In this document: in pieces, positions 10,481 to 19,878 of the stretch
How the letters are laid out: the number at the start of each line of letters is the position of its first letter
How positions within the stretch are numbered: position 1 is the first letter of the stretch
Position numbers and translations under genes: made by a program
Assembly: GCA_049965555.1 (NCBI GenBank)
Contig: JBMFWF010000001.1
Coordinates: 83,791-147,790 of the forward strand
From: Candidatus Parvarchaeum sp.
GTDB taxonomy: Archaea > Nanobdellota > Nanobdellia > Parvarchaeales > Parvarchaeaceae
Length of the DNA: 64,000 nucleotides
Reading direction: 5' to 3'
The notes under the pieces: generated by a model
The model's database searches: none
The model's input: the letters and a program-made list of their open reading frames with translations, nothing else
Told to the model about the DNA's origin: nothing

Positions 10481-11191
10481 TTAGATGTCTGCAAACAGCT
10501 CTGCAGATGGATATATTGTTATACCTGTGGCCTTTATATCTAAAGGAATGTATTTGGTTAAATGATCAGTAGATCTCATTTTTATTATTCTAAGTGCTCT
10601 TATAAATGAGCTTTGTCTTTCAACCATATAAAGGGCTATGACTCCATCAGATGCAAATTCCTCCACTCCAAACGCAGAAAGCTTGTTTTCACCATAAGGC
10701 ATCTCTCCTATGAAAATTGCAGTGCAATTCCTTGCCTTTATTATGCTTGAAATCTCTATTATGGCCTTCCTTATTGACATTATATCCGAGAAGAACATCT
10801 GTAAGTAGGTTATAGAATCGATTATCAAGCGCTGAGCACCCATTGCATCAAGCTCCGAAGAAATAACCTCTTTCATGGAATCGTAATCAACCAAAGGTAT
10901 AGTGACTATCTTTATTATGCCATTATCAATGTATTCCTTTAATTTTGGATCAAAAAGAGTAAACTGTGAAATTAAATCTTCCTGACTTTCTTCAAGCGTG
11001 AAATAAAGCCCTTTCTCACCTTTCTTGGCACCATCGGCTAAAAACTGCATTGAAAATGTGGTCTTACCCGCACCCGGCGTTCCTGTAAGGAAGATTACGC
11101 TATTTTTTGGAAATCCTCCTTTCAACGCTTCATCTAATCCAGGTATCCCTGTGGATTCTCTCTCGATGTCATTTTCGTTTTTCTTTTCCAT
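10481..11191 (-). CDS. KaiC-like single-domain RecA-superfamily ATPase
   Basis: 236 aa; STGIPGLDEALKGGFPKNSVIFLTGTPGAGKTTFSMQFLADG...GLYFTLEES is the canonical KaiC/KaiC-like N-terminus; stop lies 2 nt from the rfcS start. Confidence 0.75.
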   Translation of the reverse strand: MEKKNENDIERESTGIPGLDEALKGGFPKNSVIFLTGTPGAGKTTFSMQFLADGAKKGEKGLYFTLEESQEDLISQFTLFDPKLKEYIDNGIIKIVTIPLVDYDSMKEVISSELDAMGAQRLIIDSITYLQMFFSDIMSIRKAIIEISSIIKARNCTAIFIGEMPYGENKLSAFGVEEFASDGVIALYMVERQSSFIRALRIIKMRSTDHLTKYIPLDIKATGITIYPSAELFADI

Positions 11192-12057
11192 TAACCCTCT
11201 AAAATCATATCTCCCATTAACTGATATTTCACCCTTATAAGAGAATTCTGGCTAAGTATCTTAGCCCACTTTTCAATTAAGTCCTTACTAACATTTAAAG
11301 ATTGCGCTGCCTGTGATGTCGTAATTGAATGCTTTTCTTTGATTAACATAAGAAGTTTATTAAGAGGATTATTCGAAATTTCATTGTAATCCTCCGCATT
11401 TTTACTAGCGTTTTTACCAAAGTTAGTAGTTTCGAATATTTTCTTCTGCAGCTCAGACTGGGAGCTTAATTCGCCTGCAGGAGAAACCGCTTCCAGTGGC
11501 TGGATGACATTCTCATTTTCCTTGCTAACAATATTCTTAGATGGCATAGCAGACTGTATCTTGTTCAGCTTAGCCTCTTTCTCCTCTATGGAAACTTTTG
11601 TATCGGTTTTAGTTCCAGGTTGTGCAACCGTTATCTTTTCTTCAGATAACTCTCCTGGCTTATAATTTGGACCGGAAGGCAATTCATGCGCGATTTTGTT
11701 GATTTTCTGCTCACGCGAAACTGCCGTATTTTTAGCTTCCTTTAAAACTGGTTGTGCAACTACTTCTTTTTCAGTGCTTTCTTGTTGCATCTTAAGCTTC
11801 TTGTCTATTCCAAACAAAGATATCTTCTTCCCAGGAGACAAATCTTCTGTTGGATTCACTTTATGAGTTAATGTGCTTGACTTTACCTTTTCCTTTGTTT
11901 CTGCAAGATCTATTTTTGGTACATCCGGTAATTCGACCCCCAATGTTGATGCAGCTCTAAATAAAGAGCTATTTATCAATGAAACATCCGAATAAATCTT
12001 ATAAGAAGCATCCAAGACATTCTGCGCTATCTGCTTTAAGTTATCCTTGCTCTCCAT
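11191..12057 (-). CDS. low-complexity (Lys/Glu/Ser-rich) protein with C-terminal winged-helix-like segment
   Basis: 288 aa; mostly disordered-looking; C-terminal ~55 aa (LNKLLMLIKEKHSITTSQAAQSLNVSKDLIEKWAKILSQNSLIRVKY) has an HTH/wH pattern; 1-nt overlap with the KaiC-like gene. Confidence 0.4.
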   Translation of the reverse strand: MESKDNLKQIAQNVLDASYKIYSDVSLINSSLFRAASTLGVELPDVPKIDLAETKEKVKSSTLTHKVNPTEDLSPGKKISLFGIDKKLKMQQESTEKEVVAQPVLKEAKNTAVSREQKINKIAHELPSGPNYKPGELSEEKITVAQPGTKTDTKVSIEEKEAKLNKIQSAMPSKNIVSKENENVIQPLEAVSPAGELSSQSELQKKIFETTNFGKNASKNAEDYNEISNNPLNKLLMLIKEKHSITTSQAAQSLNVSKDLIEKWAKILSQNSLIRVKYQLMGDMILEG

Positions 12058-12112
12058 ACATATTACTTTAAATTAAAGGCTTAAATATATTTATCAATTC
12101 ATGAATAAAGAT

Positions 12113-13648
12113 TTAAACCTTTATTGTGTTTAATTTGCTCTCTAAATTAGATATATATGATAAACTGCATACTGGCGCAGTATTATTTAAAGTCTCGCAG
12201 ATCTGTGCTGTAAGTATGTTTGCTGCTCCTAAAACAGTCTGGCCAAATGAACCGCTTGTCGGATTTTCAATCGAATTAAGCATGTCCTGATGCGTACTGT
12301 ATGCTGGATTCAAACCGTTTCTAGAAAGATATGTTCCCGCATTTATATTTGCACCATCAAATACGTACTGATTATTAATGTCAAAGAATGGAACTCCTCC
12401 TACTAAAAAGTTGTATATACCAAAACCATGATATGAATTAAATGCTTGACTTGCAAGCACCACATTATTGAAAACAAACGGTGAAACGGCAGCTATGCCT
12501 GTGACATTAACCAAAAATGATGATCCAATCTCATCCAAAGGTATGAAATTTATGTAACTAGAGTTGTAATACGCTCCGACAAAGAAAGGTGTCGGATTAT
12601 TGTCTCCGTAAGGGGCTGCACCATTTATAGAGGGGTTAGAAACCGCGTTATAAAATAAATTTGCATTATAATCAAATGTGAATGTTGGAACATTTCCGTC
12701 ATTTGTAGCAGATCTATCATAAAATAAATTAGAAAAGTTGCCAAATCTCGATAATGCTACTATTATGGCCCACCGCATGCCAGCACAGAATGGACAACCT
12801 TGCGCTCCCATATAAACGAAAGTAGGCTTGCCATTATAAGTCAGTAATGGTAATTTTAATTCTGAACTTCCGTTAACCTTAACAGTTGAATTGCCGCCGA
12901 CCTTTATAGGGACTATATCATAATTATTACTGCCTATAAATAAAACGCAATAGGAAGGATTGGGCCCGTTTGAACTATTTCCTGCAGGCACGCATTCTAT
13001 ACTTCCACTTAATTGCGATTTTCCTACTTCTTCTAATTGAGTACTCAGATTTGAAAGTGCCTTTACATAATTAGGTTCCGACTTACCAATAGGCCCTTTG
13101 AAAAACTGAAGCGAAGTGGCTGAATTGTTTATCGCAGAAAAATTAGGAGATACTAACGAATTTGGGATTGGAGAACTGCCAAGATTCGAATTGGAAACTC
13201 CTGATAAATTTGCTGATGTGAACACAACTTTACCCCCTAGTGCAGATATTGTTGTTTTAGTAGGAACATGAATAATGAATAGAACTAAAATTATAACTAC
13301 TATTACAACGACTAATAAGCCTATTATCAAAGGTAGAATTAATCTATTTCTGTTATTTTGGCTTTTAGAATCAGAAACGGAATTGCTCTTTAATCTTTCA
13401 TTTTCTTCTTTTAAGCGCTGGATCTCTTTAAGTCTTTCATTCTCTTTTCTTAGCTTTTCTAGCTCATCATCATTTGAATTAGGAGTAACTTCTTCCTTCT
13501 TCTCATTGTCCTTATTGGAAGTATCCTCCTGGATAGCGGTATTTCCGCTATTTTCATTAGCATCTGAAGGCTTTTCTGGCTGCAAGTCTTTATTTGTGTT
13601 TTCATTGACTTTATTATCAGCATTGTGCTCTTTGTCTTCTTCTGGCAT
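12113..13648 (-). CDS. membrane-anchored extracellular Ser/Asn-rich glycoprotein with thioredoxin-like CPFC motif (possibly DUF929-like)
   Basis: 511 aa; acidic coiled-coil N-terminus (EKLRKENERLKEIQRLKEENERLK), one TM helix (LILPLIIGLLVVVIVVIILVLFIIHV), large Ser/Asn-rich ectodomain with many N-x-S/T sequons and AQGCPFCAGMRW. Confidence 0.45.
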   Translation of the reverse strand: MPEEDKEHNADNKVNENTNKDLQPEKPSDANENSGNTAIQEDTSNKDNEKKEEVTPNSNDDELEKLRKENERLKEIQRLKEENERLKSNSVSDSKSQNNRNRLILPLIIGLLVVVIVVIILVLFIIHVPTKTTISALGGKVVFTSANLSGVSNSNLGSSPIPNSLVSPNFSAINNSATSLQFFKGPIGKSEPNYVKALSNLSTQLEEVGKSQLSGSIECVPAGNSSNGPNPSYCVLFIGSNNYDIVPIKVGGNSTVKVNGSSELKLPLLTYNGKPTFVYMGAQGCPFCAGMRWAIIVALSRFGNFSNLFYDRSATNDGNVPTFTFDYNANLFYNAVSNPSINGAAPYGDNNPTPFFVGAYYNSSYINFIPLDEIGSSFLVNVTGIAAVSPFVFNNVVLASQAFNSYHGFGIYNFLVGGVPFFDINNQYVFDGANINAGTYLSRNGLNPAYSTHQDMLNSIENPTSGSFGQTVLGAANILTAQICETLNNTAPVCSLSYISNLESKLNTIKV

Positions 13649-13677
13649 TTTTATGTTAATACCTGTCTGCTTAAATA

Positions 13678-13982
13678 AATTGCGGTATTGAATAGCCCGT
13701 TTTTTGTCATCCCTCTGCTTTCGTTCGAAAGCTTCTCAGTTGGATGCAACAACATTCGACTAAGCGCCGGAATACCGGTTTGCACCCTGAAGGTCTGCCG
13801 TTTCATCCTCTTTTCAGCAATCAGCTTTCGCATCATCTATTTGCACTGAAAACAGGTATCGTTTCTGCTCAGTTGCCTGCCTTTTACAGCAATGCATTAC
13901 TGCACTTCAGTTTTGAAGGTGAACGGACTTCCTCCCCCAACTCATTAAAAGCCAAGGGTCTGTTGTATACAATACCGCTATT
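13678..13982 (-). ncRNA. rnpB: RNase P RNA (rnpB)
   Basis: ORF-poor, GC-enriched block. On the minus strand there is a P4 5' strand GGAGGAAGUCCGUUC (plus 13924-13935). A P4 3' strand ACAAAAAACGGGCUAUU (CR-V-like) forms 8 bp with it. A CR-II-like GAUGAAACGGCA is present. A perfect 9-bp terminal P1 helix GCGGUAUUG/CAAUACCGC closes the ends (plus 13970-13978 with 13682-13690). Length ~300 nt. Confidence 0.65.
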
Positions 13983-14013
13983 ATATATAGCAATCTGCAT
14001 TTAATAAATTATC

Positions 14014-14304
14014 ATGGAAGTCAAAACTCTTGATGATAAAGACTTGAAGAAAGATGAAAGGCTTTACATAAAAGGCATTAGATTAATCGATTCAGTAAAA
14101 GTGGACTATAAAACGCAGAAGCACGTTTCTTTTTTAGTTCAAGGAGATAATGAACTACACAATGTGATGTATTTTGATGAAAAACCGCTGGATAAAAAAT
14201 GGCAGTGCGATTGCAAATGGTATACCCTTCAGGATAAACTGTGCTCGCATATAATTGCTGTAAATTTGGCAATAAAAAACGGAAAACTGAAAATGGATCA
14301 GTAA
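14014..14304 (+). CDS. SWIM zinc-finger domain protein
   Basis: 96 aa; WQCDCKWYTLQDKLCSHIIAV = CxCxnCxH SWIM signature. Confidence 0.55.
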   Translation: MEVKTLDDKDLKKDERLYIKGIRLIDSVKVDYKTQKHVSFLVQGDNELHNVMYFDEKPLDKKWQCDCKWYTLQDKLCSHIIAVNLAIKNGKLKMDQ

Positions 14305-15035
14305 TACAGGGACATATAAGAGGGAATATTCAAGCCAGTACCTAATTTATCCAATTTTACATTTTCTTCAGATAATTCATTGTCATGCCAGTAATCAACC
14401 GCAATCATGAATGAAATCAATTTCTCATTTTTTGTCTTATCAAGGTTCTTTAATTCGCCATTTTCAAAAAGATATATCCTAGAGCCTATTACTTTATTCT
14501 TGTTTATAGTTTGCCTGTAAACTAACGTTATACCATTCACTTCCTTTTCACTGTAAAACCTTGCCTTTACTGTTTTGTTCAAATTCTCTTTCCCTGCTTT
14601 TACATCCGGGTATTCAAAGTACCTTTCGGATTTTATAATTGAATAATTGCTTAGGCTTTTGCTAGATGAACCGTCGTAAACTGAAAGATTAAGCAATGCC
14701 AAATTTGGTATGGAGTCTTTTTCAGAGAAATTTTCAGTGTAAAGTTTAGATGAAACTACATATGAATTATTTGTCTCTTTCAGTTTTTCCATGTTTACAA
14801 GGAATAAATCGAGGTTTTTATCTAGATACATGAGATTTCTGCTCCCTTTCTTTGCTATTATGTGCTTGCTGTCTCCTTTGTTTTTATACCAGTTAAAAGT
14901 ATCCGATGACTGAATAACTGTTAAATCCTCATTTTCGGAGATAAGATTCAATATTTCCTTATCTGAAATGGTTATGTAATCCTGCTTTAGAAGGTCATCT
15001 AAAATACCTCTTTCATTTTTCGGTATCATAATCAA
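14298..15035 (-). CDS. hypothetical protein (245 aa)
   Basis: Long clean ORF; no recognisable motif. Confidence 0.35.
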   Translation of the reverse strand: MIMIPKNERGILDDLLKQDYITISDKEILNLISENEDLTVIQSSDTFNWYKNKGDSKHIIAKKGSRNLMYLDKNLDLFLVNMEKLKETNNSYVVSSKLYTENFSEKDSIPNLALLNLSVYDGSSSKSLSNYSIIKSERYFEYPDVKAGKENLNKTVKARFYSEKEVNGITLVYRQTINKNKVIGSRIYLFENGELKNLDKTKNEKLISFMIAVDYWHDNELSEENVKLDKLGTGLNIPSYMSLYY

Positions 15036-15062
15036 ATTTAAGAAGAAACCCTCTATAAATAC

Positions 15063-15527
15063 TTATTTTAACGAACCGGTACGCAATACCTTGCATACCC
15101 AGTCTTTTGGAGCTGATGCATTCTCCACTTCTTTAAGAAGAAGATCTGCCTGTTTTTGACTTTCTAACCTGTCTAGCTCCAAGTAAATGTAACCTTCTTC
15201 TGCCTCATTGTGCCCTTTTAATACACGAATGACCGCCTCCGTTTTCTTTTTTGCATCCTCAAGCTCATTTATTGAAATTAACCTTTTAACTTCCTCTAAT
15301 AGTTTAAGTATTGCACCATGCTCTGCCTCTAAGCCCTGTATCCTAAGTTTATTCTCTTCAAATATTTCAGGAAAAAGGTATTCCTCCTCCCAAAACATAT
15401 GATTCCTAAGCGAAGAGACTATCAAAGCAAATTTATCTAAGTCAGGATTTAAACTCAACGAAAGCAGGAAATCGTTTAGATATAAATCAATCCGTTCATG
15501 ATCTTTGGTCAAAACGCTATCCAACAT
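15063..15527 (-). CDS. hemerythrin-like (HHE cation-binding) domain protein
   Basis: 154 aa; spaced H / HxxxE / H / HxxxE-like residues (DHERID, NHMFWEEE, EAEHG, GHNEAEEG). Confidence 0.4.
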   Translation of the reverse strand: MLDSVLTKDHERIDLYLNDFLLSLSLNPDLDKFALIVSSLRNHMFWEEEYLFPEIFEENKLRIQGLEAEHGAILKLLEEVKRLISINELEDAKKKTEAVIRVLKGHNEAEEGYIYLELDRLESQKQADLLLKEVENASAPKDWVCKVLRTGSLK

Positions 15528-15592
15528 ACCAAATTAATAAGCAGTTATTATTTTAAAGCTATAAATTTTTATAAAAATTTAAAAAATAAATA

Positions 15593-16339
15593 GTGAAAAT
15601 ATTGTATAATTATATGGTTAATTATAACATAATTGGAAATGAAGTGCAGTACCTCCAGGCAGAGATAAATAACGGAGAGTCTATTCTATGCGAGGCCGGT
15701 CATCTTATATTCAAATCAACTGATGCAAAGGTGGAGACAAACGCAGGGGGTTTAAAAGGTGCTTTCTCTCATCTTCTAGCAGGCTCCGATGTATTTTTGC
15801 TTAAATTAGACGGGCCGGGAACGATGGGCTTTTCAGGCTTCCTTCCTGGCAAAATTTTGGAAATCTCTTTGAATGAAAATGGGATACTTGCAGAATTCAA
15901 CTCTTTCCTGTGTATGGATTCTTCTATTACTTATTCTACAAAATTCGCTGGAATTTGGAAAGGTTTATTAGGCGGAGAAGGTCTTTTCCTTGAAAAATTC
16001 TCTGGAAACGGAAAAATTTTCCTGCATGGTCACGGTCAAGTAATAGAATTTGACTTAAAAGAAGGAGAAAGCATAGATGCTGAGGCCGGCCACATACTTG
16101 CCTTCGAAGCTAATATGCAGTACTCAATAAACAGAATCGGTGGGATAAAAACAATGATTCTTGGTGGTTTAGAAGGAGAAGGCCTGTTCTTTGCAAGGAT
16201 AACTGGTCCCGGAAGAGTTTGGCTTCATTCCATATCGCTTGCACAGCTTGCAGCGAAAATGGGAGGGGGCAATGCAGGAAATAGAAATGCCGCTGCGGTG
16301 GGAGGATTAGCTGGCCTCGCACTTGGTATGATGAGATGA
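15593..16339 (+). CDS. AIM24/TIGR00266-family protein
   Basis: 248 aa; repeated GEGLF..(F/A)..G.G motifs and Gly-rich C-terminus typical of the AIM24/DUF124 beta-helix family. Confidence 0.4.
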   Translation: MKILYNYMVNYNIIGNEVQYLQAEINNGESILCEAGHLIFKSTDAKVETNAGGLKGAFSHLLAGSDVFLLKLDGPGTMGFSGFLPGKILEISLNENGILAEFNSFLCMDSSITYSTKFAGIWKGLLGGEGLFLEKFSGNGKIFLHGHGQVIEFDLKEGESIDAEAGHILAFEANMQYSINRIGGIKTMILGGLEGEGLFFARITGPGRVWLHSISLAQLAAKMGGGNAGNRNAAAVGGLAGLALGMMR

Positions 16340-16464
16340 ATAGACGATATAATCTTTTAAAAATGACGTCATAAGCGTGTAATTTATTTTATTATATTAC
16401 TTTAAACAAAACAGGGTTTATAGAATATTTAACGCTATAAGACCTTAAAGAAGCTATAGAGTGT

Positions 16465-17625
16465 ATGGAGAAAAATAATTGCTATAGTAATTTTAATGAA
16501 ATTTTTGAAATTTCAAAAAAGGTATTCAGAATCGCAGAAATAGGTAGCAAAGAATTTAGGACATCTGCTTTGCTATCTAAATTTTTAAAAGATAATGGGT
16601 TCCGAGTGCAGCAGCCTTATAAAAACATGAAAACTTCCTTTAGAGCGGAATACGGTAAAGGGAAACCTGCTGTCTGCTTCTTGTGCGAAGAAGATGCTTT
16701 GCCAAACGGACATTCTTGCGGGCATAATCTTATAGCCGCTTGGGCCGTTGGAAGCGCTTTAAAACTAAAAGAATGCGGGTATAAAGGAAAGATAGTAGTT
16801 ATCGGTACGCCATCTGAGGAAGGGATAGGAGAGTATTCTGGAAGTAAGGACCTGCTTGTCAAAGCTGGAGCATTCAAAGACATAGACTTTGTAATAGGGG
16901 CGCACCCAGATTCTCAGTGGAACGTCGGTTGCCAGTCACCTGCAGATTTAACAGCTGAAATTATTTTTGAAGGCAAAGCCAGCCATTTAGAAGAAGCAGA
17001 AAAAGGCGCAAACGCTCTTGATGCGCTTATTACAACTTATTTAAGCATAAGGAATGCCACTGCATCTTTCAATAAATACATGCATATTTTGGTTGGAATG
17101 TATATAAAACAAGGCGGAATTGCTTCTAATGTTGTACCTGAAAAAACTATACTTGAAATAGATATAAGAAGCACTAAAAGCAGTTACTTAATGCATGCTT
17201 ACAAACGGATAAAAAAGATAGCGGAAGGGATTGGAAAAACCTATAAAACAAAAGTGATCATAAAGCAGATAGGGCCTGTGTATGAGGAGTATAAAAATGC
17301 TCCTGCAATAGATAAAATTTTATACGAAAAATTAAAAAACCAAGGCGTAAAAGCAGCAAAGCTTTATGAACAAAAAGACAAACAGATAGGGGCAACAGAC
17401 GAAGCAAACGTCAGCAGAGTAGTTCCAACAGGCCACATTGATTTCAAAATAGCGCCTAAAGGCGTAGCTGGCCACTCTGATAAATTTAGATATTTTGCTG
17501 GAAGCAGAAAATCATTTGACCCCTTAAAAAAATCGATAATAGCAACCGTTGACGCCTGCCTAGAGATAGAGAAGAATGAAAAAGTTAAAAAAGAAATTGA
17601 AGAATCGAAAACCAAGAAAGGATAA
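16465..17625 (+). CDS. M20D-family amidohydrolase/peptidase
   Basis: 386 aa; metal-binding motif NGHSCGHNL (HACGHD-type) and GTPSEEG, typical of M20D aminoacylases/carboxypeptidases. Confidence 0.65.
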   Translation: MEKNNCYSNFNEIFEISKKVFRIAEIGSKEFRTSALLSKFLKDNGFRVQQPYKNMKTSFRAEYGKGKPAVCFLCEEDALPNGHSCGHNLIAAWAVGSALKLKECGYKGKIVVIGTPSEEGIGEYSGSKDLLVKAGAFKDIDFVIGAHPDSQWNVGCQSPADLTAEIIFEGKASHLEEAEKGANALDALITTYLSIRNATASFNKYMHILVGMYIKQGGIASNVVPEKTILEIDIRSTKSSYLMHAYKRIKKIAEGIGKTYKTKVIIKQIGPVYEEYKNAPAIDKILYEKLKNQGVKAAKLYEQKDKQIGATDEANVSRVVPTGHIDFKIAPKGVAGHSDKFRYFAGSRKSFDPLKKSIIATVDACLEIEKNEKVKKEIEESKTKKG

Positions 17626-17778
17626 TATTAGGTAAAACTTTGGCTATCAAAAAATTCTTTGTATAATCTTTTAAAGCAGATAGGTAATAGTATTGCTTCT
17701 AGTTATATGCTTATTTGGCTTAGCTATAATTATAGGATTATTAAATTAAGAAGGATATCATTATATGCTCGATAAATA

Positions 17779-17852
17779 TGCCCTCGCCAGGATTTGAACC
17801 TGGGTGCCCGGTTTAGGAAACCGGTATTCTGTCCAAGCTAAACTACGAGGGC
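17779..17852 (-). tRNA. tRNA-Arg (anticodon CCU)
   Basis: Reverse-complement folds: acceptor gccctcg/cgagggc, anticodon stem ccggt/accgg with loop ttCCTaa, T-arm ccagg-ttcaaat-cctgg; weak AT-rich D-stem. Confidence 0.8.
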
Positions 17853-17931
17853 TATTTGGAATCTAACGCTTTTTTAGCTTAAATCATTTGTTTTTAAAAC
17901 TATTAATATTATCCATTGTCATATCTTTTTA

Positions 17932-18600
17932 TTGTTTATGGCAGGTAATAATCCGTTTATAAGCATAACATACTCAGAAAATGACACTATCGTTGATAGA
18001 GTCAATGAAAGAGTAGAATTATTGATGCTTGTAAATGAAGCAATGGAAAGAGGAGGAGTAGTAGTACTTAAAGGTGCCCCGGGCATGGGCAAAAGTACTT
18101 TACTAAATGCTGTTGAAAAAGAACTGAAGAGATCAAAAAATGTAGACATAATGAAGGAGGAATTCACCCCTGCAGTTTACAATAAAATAAGAAATCTAAA
18201 TATAAATCCTACGAAAAAAATGTTGGTTGAACTTGATGATTTCAATAACATAGAAATGCTGGATAAGTTGAGCCAGCAAAGAGTAATTGATCTCTTGTAC
18301 AACCTTAGCCAAAAAATTGCAATTTTAATAGTGGAAAACAGGGAAGAAGGAATCGAGAAAGAGCTTAAAGCACAGAGCAAACAATTTAAAAAGTACCAGC
18401 TTAACGGACTTTCAAAAGAGGACATAAAGCAGATAATAATAAACAGGCTGAATTTAGTCAGGGCTACAAAATCCGATTCGTTGGAGCCTTTTACTGAAGC
18501 AGAGTATGAAAAGATATACAAGAAAGCAAGGGGAAATCCGAGGATTGCCCTGCTGATATGTTCTGCATTATACGATCAGAAAACAAACACTATAATATAA
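17932..18600 (+). CDS. Orc1/Cdc6-like AAA+ ATPase domain protein lacking the winged-helix domain
   Basis: 222 aa; NPF...R..E...L...L......GGVVVLKGAPGMGKSTLLNAV, Walker B LVELDDF, sensor region and terminal RGNPRIALLICSAL (Cdc6 GDAR..L.LL-like); ORF ends where the Cdc6 WH domain would begin. Confidence 0.5.
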   Translation: MFMAGNNPFISITYSENDTIVDRVNERVELLMLVNEAMERGGVVVLKGAPGMGKSTLLNAVEKELKRSKNVDIMKEEFTPAVYNKIRNLNINPTKKMLVELDDFNNIEMLDKLSQQRVIDLLYNLSQKIAILIVENREEGIEKELKAQSKQFKKYQLNGLSKEDIKQIIINRLNLVRATKSDSLEPFTEAEYEKIYKKARGNPRIALLICSALYDQKTNTII

Positions 18601-18618
18601 AGAGAACTTGAGAAAGGT

Positions 18619-19494
18619 ATGAAAACAAACATCAAGACAGCCTTGGTGCTCTTAAGCATATTTACAATAGTTCTTGTAGCAAGCAGCTTTTTTGCAAGCG
18701 TAAATTTAAAGTTATTTTCTGTTATTTCATTGCAGACAGGAATAAACTACAATGTAACTTCTCCTTTCTACTATCTAATCTACCTGATAATTGCGGGTTT
18801 GCTAATACCGACCGCTGTTATACTGCTTCTTGTAAAATATAAAAAATTAAGGATAATAAACATTGTAATAATACTTTTGTTTTTGTTTGTAATGTATGCA
18901 TTTTCAGATCTTTTCCTTCTTGATATATTCGTTTTCCCCTTGAATGGAAACTTAAGTTCAAGTAGCAGCTTGCTTGCCGTCTTTTCGCTTTTAGTCTATG
19001 TATTGCCAGTGGTACTTACAGTATACTATTTCAAGTATGCCGGAAAGTACGCAAAGGATGTTTTGAACGTGATTTTGTTCGTGTCCATCTCTGCCATCAT
19101 ATCTCTTTATTTAAACATAATAACTGCATTGATACTAATCGCCGTAATAAGCATTTACGATTATATTTCTGTATTCATAACAAAGCACATGCTTACGCTT
19201 GCGAAGGCCTTCTCCGGCAATTCCTTTGGGGGCATATCCCTTATGGCAAGGAAAGCAAAAAAGCAGGAAATATTCCTTGGAGGCGGAGACCTGGCTTTCC
19301 CAGCCATTCTTGCAAATGAATTTTTCCTTCATTATAATCTTTTTTCTGGGATATTTGCAGTAATAGGCGCGGTAGCAGGGCTTTCAATAATACTTTTCTT
19401 TGGCAAGAAAGGAAAAGCTTATCCTGCGATGGCAGCCATAGGGCCAATGCAGTTCGCTTTCCTCGGTCTGTATTTCCTTATAAGATTTATCTGA
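18619..19494 (+). CDS. presenilin/signal-peptide-peptidase-like intramembrane aspartyl protease (A22 family homologue)
   Basis: 291 aa, ~8-9 predicted TM helices; YD motif (SIYDYISVF) in one TM and GxGD motif (FLGGGDLAFP) in the next, followed by a PAL-like AYPAM segment. Confidence 0.55.
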   Translation: MKTNIKTALVLLSIFTIVLVASSFFASVNLKLFSVISLQTGINYNVTSPFYYLIYLIIAGLLIPTAVILLLVKYKKLRIINIVIILLFLFVMYAFSDLFLLDIFVFPLNGNLSSSSSLLAVFSLLVYVLPVVLTVYYFKYAGKYAKDVLNVILFVSISAIISLYLNIITALILIAVISIYDYISVFITKHMLTLAKAFSGNSFGGISLMARKAKKQEIFLGGGDLAFPAILANEFFLHYNLFSGIFAVIGAVAGLSIILFFGKKGKAYPAMAAIGPMQFAFLGLYFLIRFI

Positions 19495-19539
19495 TATAAC
19501 ACCGTTATATATTTAAATTGGCATTGATTTAAAGAAAAA

Positions 19540-19845
19540 ATGGAAGTCAAGGTGAAGGAAGAAGACGTCATAAAAGGCTTGAAACAGTGCTTTGACCCTG
19601 AAATACCTGCAAACATATATGATTTAGGATTGATATACAAGATAGAGATAGTTGGAACAGAAGTAAAAATAACAATGACGTTGACTTCGCCCTTCTGTCC
19701 TGTCACAGATTATTTAGTCGAGGATATAAAAGGAAAGGTAATGGATTTTTCAGGTGCTACAAAGGTAGACTTGGATATAACTTTTGATCCTCCCTGGACT
19801 AAGGATAAAATGACGGATGAGGCTAGAGCGGAATTAGGCATATGA
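19540..19845 (+). CDS. Fe-S cluster assembly MIP18/DUF59-family protein
   Basis: 101 aa; CFDPEIPANIYDLGLIY...TSPFCPV matches DUF59 (SufT/MIP18) signature. Confidence 0.75.
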   Translation: MEVKVKEEDVIKGLKQCFDPEIPANIYDLGLIYKIEIVGTEVKITMTLTSPFCPVTDYLVEDIKGKVMDFSGATKVDLDITFDPPWTKDKMTDEARAELGI

Positions 19846-19878
19846 GACTGCCTTTTTTATTTAAACAATATTTCTAAT

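Noticed and set aside
13651-14004. ORFs 13651..13836 (-) and 13744..14004 (+)
   Set aside because: Both fall within the predicted RNase P RNA; no start context, atypical composition.
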